A stretch of 64,000 nt of DNA from an uncultured delta proteobacterium (GTDB taxonomy: Bacteria; Myxococcota_A; Polyangia; Polyangiales; Houyiibacteriaceae): contig CAVYJZ010000001.1 of the NCBI GenBank assembly GCA_963768985.1, positions 87,002-151,001 on the forward strand, in the 5' to 3' direction. This document shows, in pieces, positions 36,408 to 44,492 of the stretch. Every line of letters begins with the position of its first letter. Position 1 is the first letter of the stretch. The notes below the pieces were generated by a model, which was given only the letters and a program-made list of their open reading frames with translations, ran no database searches and had not been told where the DNA came from. The translations under genes were made by a program, and so were the position numbers.

Positions 36408-36997
36408 GATACGCGGTCGCAGCGTTGGTCTTGCTGACGGCAGCGATTGCCTATGGGCAGTCGGATCTTCCCGTCCGCGAGTTTGGAGTCACGTGGTCGC
36501 GCAACGCGCCAATGATCTCTTTCTCGGCGAAACATCTCGCGGACGAGCGCCTGGAGCAGGAGCTTTCGAGTGGCCTGCGCAAGCGCATCGTCGTGACCGT
36601 GCGATCCTACTTGAAGGGATCCAACGCGCAGATCTCCGTCCGGCAGTTCGGTTGTGACGTGACGCGCGACCTTTGGGATGACGATTATCTCGTCAGGATC
36701 GGCCCCCAGAGCGAAAGGCTCAAGACGGTCGAGCAAGTGCTCGACCGATGTCTCTTTGTAGCAGGGCTGTTCGTCGGAGGAACACAGCATTATGCGCCAT
36801 ACAAAGGGAAAGAGATGTACTTCGCCGTGCTGGCTGAGTTCAATCCGATCTCGAAAAAGCAGTGTACCGACCTGATTCGGCCGACATCAGGAGACGATGC
36901 CATCGGGCCCATCACCATGAACATCGTTCGGCGTCGCATCTGTCGCGCCGAGCGCACCGTTGAGTTCCGAAGCCAGTATCTGAGGGTGCCCGAATGA
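36404..36997 (+). CDS. Hypothetical periplasmic protein (possibly DUF4390-like)
   Basis: The TTG start overlaps the Omp85 stop. Signal peptide 'AVAALVLLTAAIAYGQ'. It is translationally coupled to the kinase downstream. Confidence 0.55.
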   Translation: MRYAVAALVLLTAAIAYGQSDLPVREFGVTWSRNAPMISFSAKHLADERLEQELSSGLRKRIVVTVRSYLKGSNAQISVRQFGCDVTRDLWDDDYLVRIGPQSERLKTVEQVLDRCLFVAGLFVGGTQHYAPYKGKEMYFAVLAEFNPISKKQCTDLIRPTSGDDAIGPITMNIVRRRICRAERTVEFRSQYLRVPE

Positions 36998-38511
36998 GCA
37001 GGTTCGAGCGCAAGATTCTGTTCGCGATCGGCCTGTCGGTGTTTCTCACCCTCGGAGGCAGCATTTTCCTCGCTCAGGGCGCTTTGCGCGAGGTGTACCA
37101 GGTGGGCGTGAACAAACGGTTCGGGGTCGAGCTAGAGCACGGCGTGGAGGCTCGTCGCGGCCAACTGATGGCGCTTCGAGCGAGCTCCGAGCACGTGGCT
37201 GATGCGGTCCAATGGGCGGTCGAGGCGGAGCTGACCAAGAATCGAAGGATGGCGAAGCTCGATCCCCTCTTGCAGCAGCTCGTGGCGCGATACGAGCTCG
37301 TCCGAAGCATCCAGGTCAACGACGAGGCGGGCGCAGAAATAGCGAGCGCCACCTCTGCTGCGGGCCTGGGAGACGATGCGTCGCGGACCACCATCCGAGA
37401 TCGTGAAATCGAGGTGAACGGGCGGAGGCTAGACATCGCGGTCGAAGTGACAGTCCCGCAGGTGTACTTCGAACGGCTTCAAGAAGCCGGTGCTGCGGCG
37501 GAGGTGTACTCTCGGTTGCAGCGCCAAAGCGCGTCCGTATCCGCCCTCTACGTCTGGGTCTTTGGCATCATGGCGTTCTTCGTCATCGTGGTGGCGTTCT
37601 TGATCGGCGCGATCGTGTCGCGGCGGGTCACTCGTCGTGTAACGATGCTGGCTGAAGCCGCTCGCAAGGTTGGTGCGGGTGACCTCACGGTGGCATTGCC
37701 CACCGGGGCGAACGACGAGGTTGCGGACCTCACGCATGCCTTCAACGACATGGTTCGGGATCTACATGATTCGCGGGCGCGAATTGAGTACCTGCAACGC
37801 ATCGGTGCTTGGCAGGACTTCGCACGACGGCTGGCGCACGAGATCAAAAATCCGCTGACTCCAATCCAGCTCGCCGCCCAGGAGATGGACGAAACCTATG
37901 ATGGAGAGAACGAAGCTTATCGGAAGAAGCTCGAGCACGCCCGCGCGATCATCGAGGAAGAGGTTGCCACCCTGCGACGGCTCGTGGGCGAGTTCAGCGC
38001 CTTCGCCAAGCTCCCCGAGGCCGATCTCTCGCCTTCCGATCTCTGCGACCTGGTGCAGAGCATCGAGGATTCGATCCCGGCGATTCTCGAAGACGCCGGT
38101 CGCGGTACCCCGGCTCCCGTAGAAGTTCGGGTGAGTTGCGCAACGCAACCCATCCGAGTGCGTATGGACCCTATGATGCTCAAGCGTGGCTTGGACAACA
38201 TATTGCGAAATGCGGTTCAAGCCGCATACCAGGAGCATCCCTCGGGAGGCGGCCGCGTCCTCGTGAGGGCCTACGCGACCGCGCGCGCTGGCTTCATCGA
38301 GGTCCGGGACAACGGCGCTGGCATCGCGAGGGAAGACTGGGATCGCGTGTTCGATCCATACTATACGAGCAAGCCCGAAGGCACGGGCTTGGGCTTGGCG
38401 ATCGTGAAAAAAGTCGTCCTGGAGCACGGCGGGGAAGTTAGGCTCGATCGAGCTGCGGAGGGAGGTGCACGGTTCCGCATCGAGCTTCCTTTGATGGTGG
38501 AGCCACGATGA
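36994..38511 (+). CDS. Membrane sensor histidine kinase (2 TM, periplasmic loop, HAMP, HisKA, HATPase; NtrY-like)
   Basis: HAMP 'EVADLTHAFNDMVRDL', H-box 'LAHEIKNPLTPI', N-box 'NILRNAVQA', G-boxes 'DNGAGI' and 'GTGLGLAIV'. Confidence 0.9.
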   Translation: MSRFERKILFAIGLSVFLTLGGSIFLAQGALREVYQVGVNKRFGVELEHGVEARRGQLMALRASSEHVADAVQWAVEAELTKNRRMAKLDPLLQQLVARYELVRSIQVNDEAGAEIASATSAAGLGDDASRTTIRDREIEVNGRRLDIAVEVTVPQVYFERLQEAGAAAEVYSRLQRQSASVSALYVWVFGIMAFFVIVVAFLIGAIVSRRVTRRVTMLAEAARKVGAGDLTVALPTGANDEVADLTHAFNDMVRDLHDSRARIEYLQRIGAWQDFARRLAHEIKNPLTPIQLAAQEMDETYDGENEAYRKKLEHARAIIEEEVATLRRLVGEFSAFAKLPEADLSPSDLCDLVQSIEDSIPAILEDAGRGTPAPVEVRVSCATQPIRVRMDPMMLKRGLDNILRNAVQAAYQEHPSGGGRVLVRAYATARAGFIEVRDNGAGIAREDWDRVFDPYYTSKPEGTGLGLAIVKKVVLEHGGEVRLDRAAEGGARFRIELPLMVEPR

Positions 38512-39053
38512 CCAAGCCCGACGAGATCAGGCCACGCAAGTGGATTCATTGGATGGTGATCGCGCTTGTCTTCGTCGCAGCTTACGCGTGGATGACTCGG
38601 GGCGACGCATCGCCGCTCATGGGACAGGCGGCGCCCGATTTGACCCTCTCCGTTGCCGCGGGCGCTGAGCCGGGTGGTCCGACGCGGGTCACGCTGTCCG
38701 AGATGAGTGGGCGAGTCGTAGTGCTCGACTTCTGGGCGAGTTGGTGCGGCGCCTGCCGTCGAACGACACCGATCCTCAATGCGCTCAAACAGGAATTCGC
38801 CGAGCGCGGGGTCGCCTTCTACGCGGTCAACGTCGAGCCGATCGACCGGCAGCGCCTGCAAGCCGCCCACACGGCCTTCGGAACCGATTTTCCGACCCTC
38901 CACGACCGGACCGGGACGGTTCAAAGACGATACTCCATTCGGATGCTTCCTACGGTGATCGTGGTGGGCCGGGACGGGATGGTTCGTTGGGCATCCACTG
39001 GCGTTCCGAGCAAGATGCGGCTCGGCCAGGCAATTTCCGAAGCCCTCGATTAG
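38508..39053 (+). CDS. TlpA/ResA-like membrane-anchored thiol:disulfide oxidoreductase
   Basis: N-terminal anchor, then 'VVVLDFWASWCGACRR'. The ATGA overlaps the kinase stop. Confidence 0.85.
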   Translation: MTKPDEIRPRKWIHWMVIALVFVAAYAWMTRGDASPLMGQAAPDLTLSVAAGAEPGGPTRVTLSEMSGRVVVLDFWASWCGACRRTTPILNALKQEFAERGVAFYAVNVEPIDRQRLQAAHTAFGTDFPTLHDRTGTVQRRYSIRMLPTVIVVGRDGMVRWASTGVPSKMRLGQAISEALD

Positions 39054-39152
39054 CCGAAATCGGACATGGTTGACGTCCCTCGGCCCTGCTGTTAGTTTCC
39101 CCGGCCGCGCGGGGCTGATGGTGTAGCTCCCCCCGGGGGTGGAGGAAATTCC

Positions 39153-39908
39153 TTGGTTCAAGCGCTTCAAGGTCCGAGTTTAGACGAGCGAGTCGCACAA
39201 CTGCAGGGGCTGTTGGATTCGGCCAGTCCCGAGCTTCGTAAAGAGTATCAAGAGCGCTTCGATCTCGCTTGGATCTATCATGACAGCGCGCTCGAAGGGG
39301 TCGTCTACTCGATGGACGAGTTGAGGGCGGCCATCTACGACAGTGTCGCCCCTGATCCCACCCTCATTCCGGTCTACGATGAGATCCGCAATCACATGGG
39401 CGCGATCGAGATGATTCGCGAGATGGCAACACGGCGGCGCTTCACGCCCAACCTCGAGGTGATCAAGAAGCTATACGCGCAGCTCGCACCGGAAGAGCTC
39501 GAAGGGAAAGGTCCGCCCAAGTACCGCAAGGACATGCCGCTGCACCGGCTCTACTTCCACGACATTTCTCAACCAGACAAGATCAGCTACCGGATGCGGC
39601 TGCTCGTCCAGTGGCTCTCCGATCCAGAGACCAAGAAGACGATGCACCCGGTTCGCATGGCCAGCAAGGTCCACTTTCAGCTGCTACACATCTATCCGTT
39701 CCCGCGACATAGTGGAAAGGTTGCTCGCCTCGTCATGAACCTCATCCTCATGCGTGCCGGTTACCCACCTGTGGTGATTCACGCCACCGAGCGACAGCGA
39801 TACTACGAAGCCCTACGAAGCGGCGAAGACAGCACCGCGGCGCTGGTGAACCAGGCGCTCGGAGCTGCGATCGAAACTGCGATTCAGCACTTCGAAGAAC
39901 TGCGGTGA
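39153..39908 (+). CDS. Fic-domain protein with a degenerate active-site motif
   Basis: Fic-fold context 'IYHDSALEG...' and the motif region 'HIYPFPRHSGKVARLVMNLILMRAGYPP'. GGAGG lies 7 nt upstream of the TTG at 39153. Confidence 0.72.
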   Translation: MVQALQGPSLDERVAQLQGLLDSASPELRKEYQERFDLAWIYHDSALEGVVYSMDELRAAIYDSVAPDPTLIPVYDEIRNHMGAIEMIREMATRRRFTPNLEVIKKLYAQLAPEELEGKGPPKYRKDMPLHRLYFHDISQPDKISYRMRLLVQWLSDPETKKTMHPVRMASKVHFQLLHIYPFPRHSGKVARLVMNLILMRAGYPPVVIHATERQRYYEALRSGEDSTAALVNQALGAAIETAIQHFEELR

Positions 39909-39913
39909 CGCTT

Positions 39914-40498
39914 CTAAGAAGCGTGCGCCACGAAGCGAGGCAGCGCTGAGATCACGGCTACGTAGCGCGCTCCCGCCTGAAATGCGCCGTCCGCATTTTC
40001 GGGCGTAATTCCTCCGATTGCGATCACCGGACGGGATACCGTTCTGCAGATCTCTTCGAGAGCGGTCAGGCCGACGACGGGGGCAGTGTGCGCTTTCGTC
40101 TTGGTTGGAAAGATCGGACCGAAGGCGATGAGGTCTGCACCCTCGCGGTCCGCCCGTACGGCTTGTTCCCGATTGTGGGTCGAAATTCCAATCGGCATGT
40201 CGCCGACCAGGCGCCGGGCATCCGCGATCGAAAGATCGTCTTGCCCCAGGTGCAGGCCATCTGCCCGGACGAGGCCGGCGATGTCGGCGCGATCGTTGAC
40301 GATGAAGGGAACCTCGGCGCGCGCGCATGCCGCGCGAAGGCGCTCGGCGATTTTCAGGAACGCGAGGTCGTCGAGCCGCTTGGCACGAAGCTGCACCATC
40401 GCGCATCCGGCATTCAGGGCTTGGAACGCCAGCTCGAGCGGGCGCTCGGCGACTTCGGCATCGATGATCGCGTAGACCGAATCAATCAATGGGATCAT
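39914..40498 (-). CDS. thiE: Thiamine-phosphate synthase
   Basis: 'VQLRAK', 'FIVNDRADIA...GLHLGQDD', 'GISTH', 'IAIGGI'. Confidence 0.9.
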   Translation of the reverse strand: MIPLIDSVYAIIDAEVAERPLELAFQALNAGCAMVQLRAKRLDDLAFLKIAERLRAACARAEVPFIVNDRADIAGLVRADGLHLGQDDLSIADARRLVGDMPIGISTHNREQAVRADREGADLIAFGPIFPTKTKAHTAPVVGLTALEEICRTVSRPVIAIGGITPENADGAFQAGARYVAVISALPRFVAHAS

Positions 40499-41345
40499 CT
40501 CCGGTGAGCCGTCCGTACAAATCCGGACGGCGATCGCGAAAAAATCCCCAGTTCGCGCGGTAGCGCCGCAAGGCTTCCCGATCGAATGAAACGGTGGCCA
40601 CCCCTTCTTCGAATCGCGCCAGCTCGGTCACCACGTCGCCCCGCTGATCGCAGGCGAATGAGCTTCCGTAGAAGGTCATTCGACCTTCGGTGCCGATGCG
40701 GTTGGCCGCCGCGACCGGCATCGCGTTTGCGACGGCGTGCCCAACCATCGCACGTTGCCAGGGCGCTTTGGTGTCGTCTTCGGGCGCGCTCGGCTCGCTG
40801 CCGATCGCAGTCGGATAGAGCAGGATCTCCGCGCCCTGCAGGGCCATGCTCCGCGCCGCCTCGGGGAACCATTGGTCCCAGCAAACGCCCACGCCGATGC
40901 AGCCATGAAGCGTTCGCCAGACCTTGAAGCCCGTGTCTCCGGGTCGGAAGTAGAATTTCTCCTCGTAGCCCGGCCCGTCGGGGATGTGGCTCTTTCGGTA
41001 GACACCGAGCTCCGTGCCGTCGGCGTCGATCGTGACGAGGCTGTTGTAATAGCTTTGACCGGCGCGTTCGAAGAACGAGATGGGGAGCACGACGCCGAGG
41101 TCCGCCGCGAGGACTCGCATGCGCGCGATCGTGGGATGGCCCACGAGCGGAGCCGCCAGGTCGAAAGCCCGCTCATCTTCGGTTTGCGGAAAGTACGGCC
41201 CTTCGAAGAGCTCGGGGGTGAGGATAATCTGAGCGCCACCCTCGGCCGCCTGGCGGATCAGCATTTCGACGTGGTCGACGTTCGCTTCGCGCGTCCCGTT
41301 TAGGGCGCATTGAACGATGCCGATCGAAAATGAGGAGTCCTTCAT
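40482..41345 (-). CDS. aguB: N-carbamoylputrescine amidase (nitrilase superfamily)
   Basis: 'ILTPELFEGPYF' (catalytic Glu), Lys region, and 'IGVGVCWDQWFPE' (catalytic Cys). It sits next to aguA. Confidence 0.87.
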   Translation of the reverse strand: MKDSSFSIGIVQCALNGTREANVDHVEMLIRQAAEGGAQIILTPELFEGPYFPQTEDERAFDLAAPLVGHPTIARMRVLAADLGVVLPISFFERAGQSYYNSLVTIDADGTELGVYRKSHIPDGPGYEEKFYFRPGDTGFKVWRTLHGCIGVGVCWDQWFPEAARSMALQGAEILLYPTAIGSEPSAPEDDTKAPWQRAMVGHAVANAMPVAAANRIGTEGRMTFYGSSFACDQRGDVVTELARFEEGVATVSFDREALRRYRANWGFFRDRRPDLYGRLTGDDPID

Positions 41346-42340
41346 GGTGTGCTTGGCTCAGCTTGTGTCACGCAGTGAAACGCTCCCCCCCCGCATAGCA
41401 GGTCTCGCGCGGGCAAGCCGATCACCTCGCGTTCGGGGAATGCGTTCGCGAGCTCGGCCAGGGCGGGCTGATCCTCCGGAATGTCATAGATGGGGACGAT
41501 CACAGCCTCGTTCGCGATGTAGAAATTGCAGTAGCTGGCCGGTAGAGGAGAGCCATCGGGTGCGGCCACCGCGCTGGGCGCGGGCAAGCCGATGACGTTC
41601 AAGCCGGTCTCGCCGAGATCGCGCTCGATCGACCGAAGTACCTCCCAATTGGGCGCCCCGCGGCGTGCCCTCATGCAAACCACGGTATCGGGTCTGACGA
41701 ACCGGGCGAGCATGTCGATGTGCCCGTCCGTGTGATCGTGCTCCAAGCCACGGTCGAGCCAGAGCAGGCGATTCACCGAGACCAAAGTGCTCAACGCTTC
41801 CTCGAATGCAGCGCGCGTCAATCCCGGATTTCGGTTTCCGTTGAGCACACAAGAGGCGGTAGTCAGCAGGGTTCCGCGCCCGTCGGACTCGAGGGCGCCT
41901 CCCTCTAAGACGATGGGAGACTCGAATCGTTTGGCGTGCAGGCGCTTGGTCAACCACGCGCTGACATCGGCATCGAAAGGCATCTCGTATTTGCCGCCCC
42001 AGCCGTTGAAATCGAAGCAGAGCGCGCCGAGTGCGCCATCGGCTGTGTATCCAAACAAAGGGGCGGTGTCGCGCATCCAGCAGTCGCCGTAATCGGTGGC
42101 CACGTACCGAACATTTCGCGACTGTCCGATCAACGAGCGCGCGGCTCGCGCGACCTCGTCGTTCTTCACCAAGAGATGCACCGGTTCATTGCCCGCTTCG
42201 GCGATTGCGCGGCACAAGGCCGCGATGGAACGTTGCGCATCGAGCACATCGATTGGCCATTCCTCTTGCAAGTAAGGAAATGCCAGCCAGCACGCGCGGT
42301 GCGGCTCCCATTCAGCCGGAAGTCGAAGTCGTTCGGTCAC
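41342..42340 (-). CDS. aguA: Agmatine deiminase
   Basis: 'LPAEWEPH', 'DCWMRD', and C-terminal 'GGGAFHCVTQ'. Confidence 0.9.
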   Translation of the reverse strand: MTERLRLPAEWEPHRACWLAFPYLQEEWPIDVLDAQRSIAALCRAIAEAGNEPVHLLVKNDEVARAARSLIGQSRNVRYVATDYGDCWMRDTAPLFGYTADGALGALCFDFNGWGGKYEMPFDADVSAWLTKRLHAKRFESPIVLEGGALESDGRGTLLTTASCVLNGNRNPGLTRAAFEEALSTLVSVNRLLWLDRGLEHDHTDGHIDMLARFVRPDTVVCMRARRGAPNWEVLRSIERDLGETGLNVIGLPAPSAVAAPDGSPLPASYCNFYIANEAVIVPIYDIPEDQPALAELANAFPEREVIGLPARDLLCGGGAFHCVTQAEPSTP

Positions 42341-42349
42341 CGGCGAAAC

Positions 42350-43438
42350 CTACCATGCGAGCACCTCACGCTCACCGAACCGGGCGACCATAGCGTCCAC
42401 GTGTTGCAAGACCGCGCGGCGACGTTGGGCGAGGCCGTCGAGCTGCTTCTCGTTCAACACGGGGGCGAGCGGATCAGCGCCCAAACGTGCGGCAAATCGT
42501 TCGATGTCGAGCCTGCGCACAGCCTCGATCGTCGATCGCCGGAACCGCTGAAGCGCCTTCAATCGGGCTTCCATCAGGCCCAAGCGCTGCTCTCCCAGCC
42601 AGAACCCCGCCCCGTTGTCCAGGTAGATCAGCGGCCCACCCGGTCCGAGTGACCGAACGTTGGTGAAGTCGCCGCCCCATCGGTCGACGTTTTGAGTGAG
42701 GTAGTCGAAGACGATGAGGTCGGAGAGCTCGGCTGGTCGCTCCTGGGTATCCGGCGCTGCTGCGATCGGCCGGGCGGGATCGGTCGCTTCTCGGATACCC
42801 GGACGCCGATTGAGATCGGCCCGATAGTCCACGGGTCGTTGGTAGGGTGTGATCGGAAGCGATGTCTGAACCCGCACCCACCTCTCCCACTGGCGACCCA
42901 TTCGGACGCGTTTCAGTGGCTCGGGAATCCACCAGATGAACGCGCCCTTCACCGTCCCGTCTTTTGCGATCCCGAGCTCGGACACCCGCCGGTCGTGCCC
43001 TGCCGCTTCCTTCAGCTCGCTCCATCGAAACGTCCGGCCCGTCGTCGGAGGGACACGTCCGAGCCCCAGCTCGCGATCCAAGTAGTACGCAGCCACCTCC
43101 GAGTACCAATGGGCTGCAGAAAAAGCCTGCTCTGGTTTGAAGTAGCCGCGGGTTCCGTCCGCGAGAGTGATCTTGAACGCTAAGCTTCGGCCACCCCGGC
43201 CCTTCGCCACTTTGGAGATTTCGGCCGTGCGCAACGCCACGATCGCGACATCATCGGTTTGCGCGGGGAACGGCTCGGCCCGTGTTTGGGCATCGCCCGG
43301 CCCGGACCAGAGCAGGGCGAAGAGGGCCAGAATCGGGATGATTCGTCGCACTCGCGACAGCGTACTTCCCGCTCGGGGTTTTCCCGCATTCTTGGGTGCG
43401 CGGAGTCCCCACAAAGCGCTGCATGAGCATCCAAGCAC
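42350..43438 (-). CDS. Secreted Fam20/Golgi-casein-kinase-like protein kinase homologue
   Basis: Signal peptide 'IIPILALFALLWSGPGDAQ'. Blocks 'FKPEQ..SEVAAYYLDRELGLGRVPPTTGR', 'VFDYLTQNVDRWGGD', 'IYLDNGAGF', 'RFRRSTIEAVRRL' and 'APVLNEKQLDGLAQRRRAVLQHV' run parallel to my recollection of human FAM20C. Confidence 0.7.
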   Translation of the reverse strand: MLGCSCSALWGLRAPKNAGKPRAGSTLSRVRRIIPILALFALLWSGPGDAQTRAEPFPAQTDDVAIVALRTAEISKVAKGRGGRSLAFKITLADGTRGYFKPEQAFSAAHWYSEVAAYYLDRELGLGRVPPTTGRTFRWSELKEAAGHDRRVSELGIAKDGTVKGAFIWWIPEPLKRVRMGRQWERWVRVQTSLPITPYQRPVDYRADLNRRPGIREATDPARPIAAAPDTQERPAELSDLIVFDYLTQNVDRWGGDFTNVRSLGPGGPLIYLDNGAGFWLGEQRLGLMEARLKALQRFRRSTIEAVRRLDIERFAARLGADPLAPVLNEKQLDGLAQRRRAVLQHVDAMVARFGEREVLAW

Positions 43439-43452
43439 GTCCGAGCCCCGCC

Positions 43453-44430
43453 CTAAGCGCTCTCCCGTGAGCCGAGACCGATGAGATCGATCTCTTGGCC
43501 GATCGATTCAGACCTGGCTGCGTGGTAGATCGCTCGCGCCAACGATAAGTCCTGGATCGCCAGTCCGGTCGAATCGAATACGGTCGTCGCGGCAAGGCTC
43601 GGCCTGGGCAGCACGCCTGCTACGACCTCGCCCAAAGTGCCGGCGATGTCCTCCAGGGAAAAGTCACCGTTGGCGAACGGGACGTTGATCTCGCCGCTTG
43701 CCGTCGCCTGATGGACGTCATCGATGTAGACCTCGGCGCGCTCGAGGGTCTCGGTGCTGAGCTCCCGTTTGCCCGGCGCATCGGCGCCCATCGCATTGAC
43801 GTGTGCTCCGGGCTGGATCCAGTGGGCATGGACGAAAGGCATGCGGGACGGCGTCGCAGTGCACACGATGTCGGAGCCGGCCGCTTGGTCCAAGCTCACT
43901 ACCCGCCCGCCGACCTCGGCCGCAAAGCGCTTGGCGGCGTCGATATTCCGGTCATACGCAAGGCTCTCGAACCCATCGAACACGACCCGGTGGGCGCCAT
44001 GCAGCGTGTAGGCCTGTGCACCGCAGCCGATGAAACCGATGGTCTTCGGCGCTCGTTGCGCGAGATACTTGGATGCGACCGCGCCTGCTGCTCCCGTGCG
44101 CAGCGAGGTCAGGCGTGTACCATCCATCACCGCCAGCGGGAAGGCGGTAGCTGCATCGTTGAGCACGTAGACCGCCATCACGGTCGGTAAACCGTGAAGG
44201 TCGTGATTGTGTGGATGAACGTTTACCCACTTGATGCCAGCGCAATCGCCAAGTCGTGCTGGCATCGCGCGAAAGTCAGCGTCGTGATCTTCGATCGGCA
44301 GGTAAACTTTAGGCGGCATCGTGGCGTCCCCGCGTCCGAATGCGGCGAACGCATCCTCGACGGCCGAGACCGCAAGCTCCATCGTCACAATCCGCTCGAC
44401 CTCGGAGCGGGTCAAAACCAGCGTTCTCAT
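43453..44430 (-). CDS. Ornithine cyclodeaminase/mu-crystallin family protein
   Basis: 'LTRSEVERI...AVEDAFAAFGRGDATMPPKVYL' and Rossmann 'IGFIGCGAQA'. Confidence 0.85.
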   Translation of the reverse strand: MRTLVLTRSEVERIVTMELAVSAVEDAFAAFGRGDATMPPKVYLPIEDHDADFRAMPARLGDCAGIKWVNVHPHNHDLHGLPTVMAVYVLNDAATAFPLAVMDGTRLTSLRTGAAGAVASKYLAQRAPKTIGFIGCGAQAYTLHGAHRVVFDGFESLAYDRNIDAAKRFAAEVGGRVVSLDQAAGSDIVCTATPSRMPFVHAHWIQPGAHVNAMGADAPGKRELSTETLERAEVYIDDVHQATASGEINVPFANGDFSLEDIAGTLGEVVAGVLPRPSLAATTVFDSTGLAIQDLSLARAIYHAARSESIGQEIDLIGLGSRESA

Positions 44431-44492
44431 TGGTCGATCCTTTCCAGAAACTCTATTCTCCGCCCGCTGCTTTCGGTATAGTCGCCCCGCCC

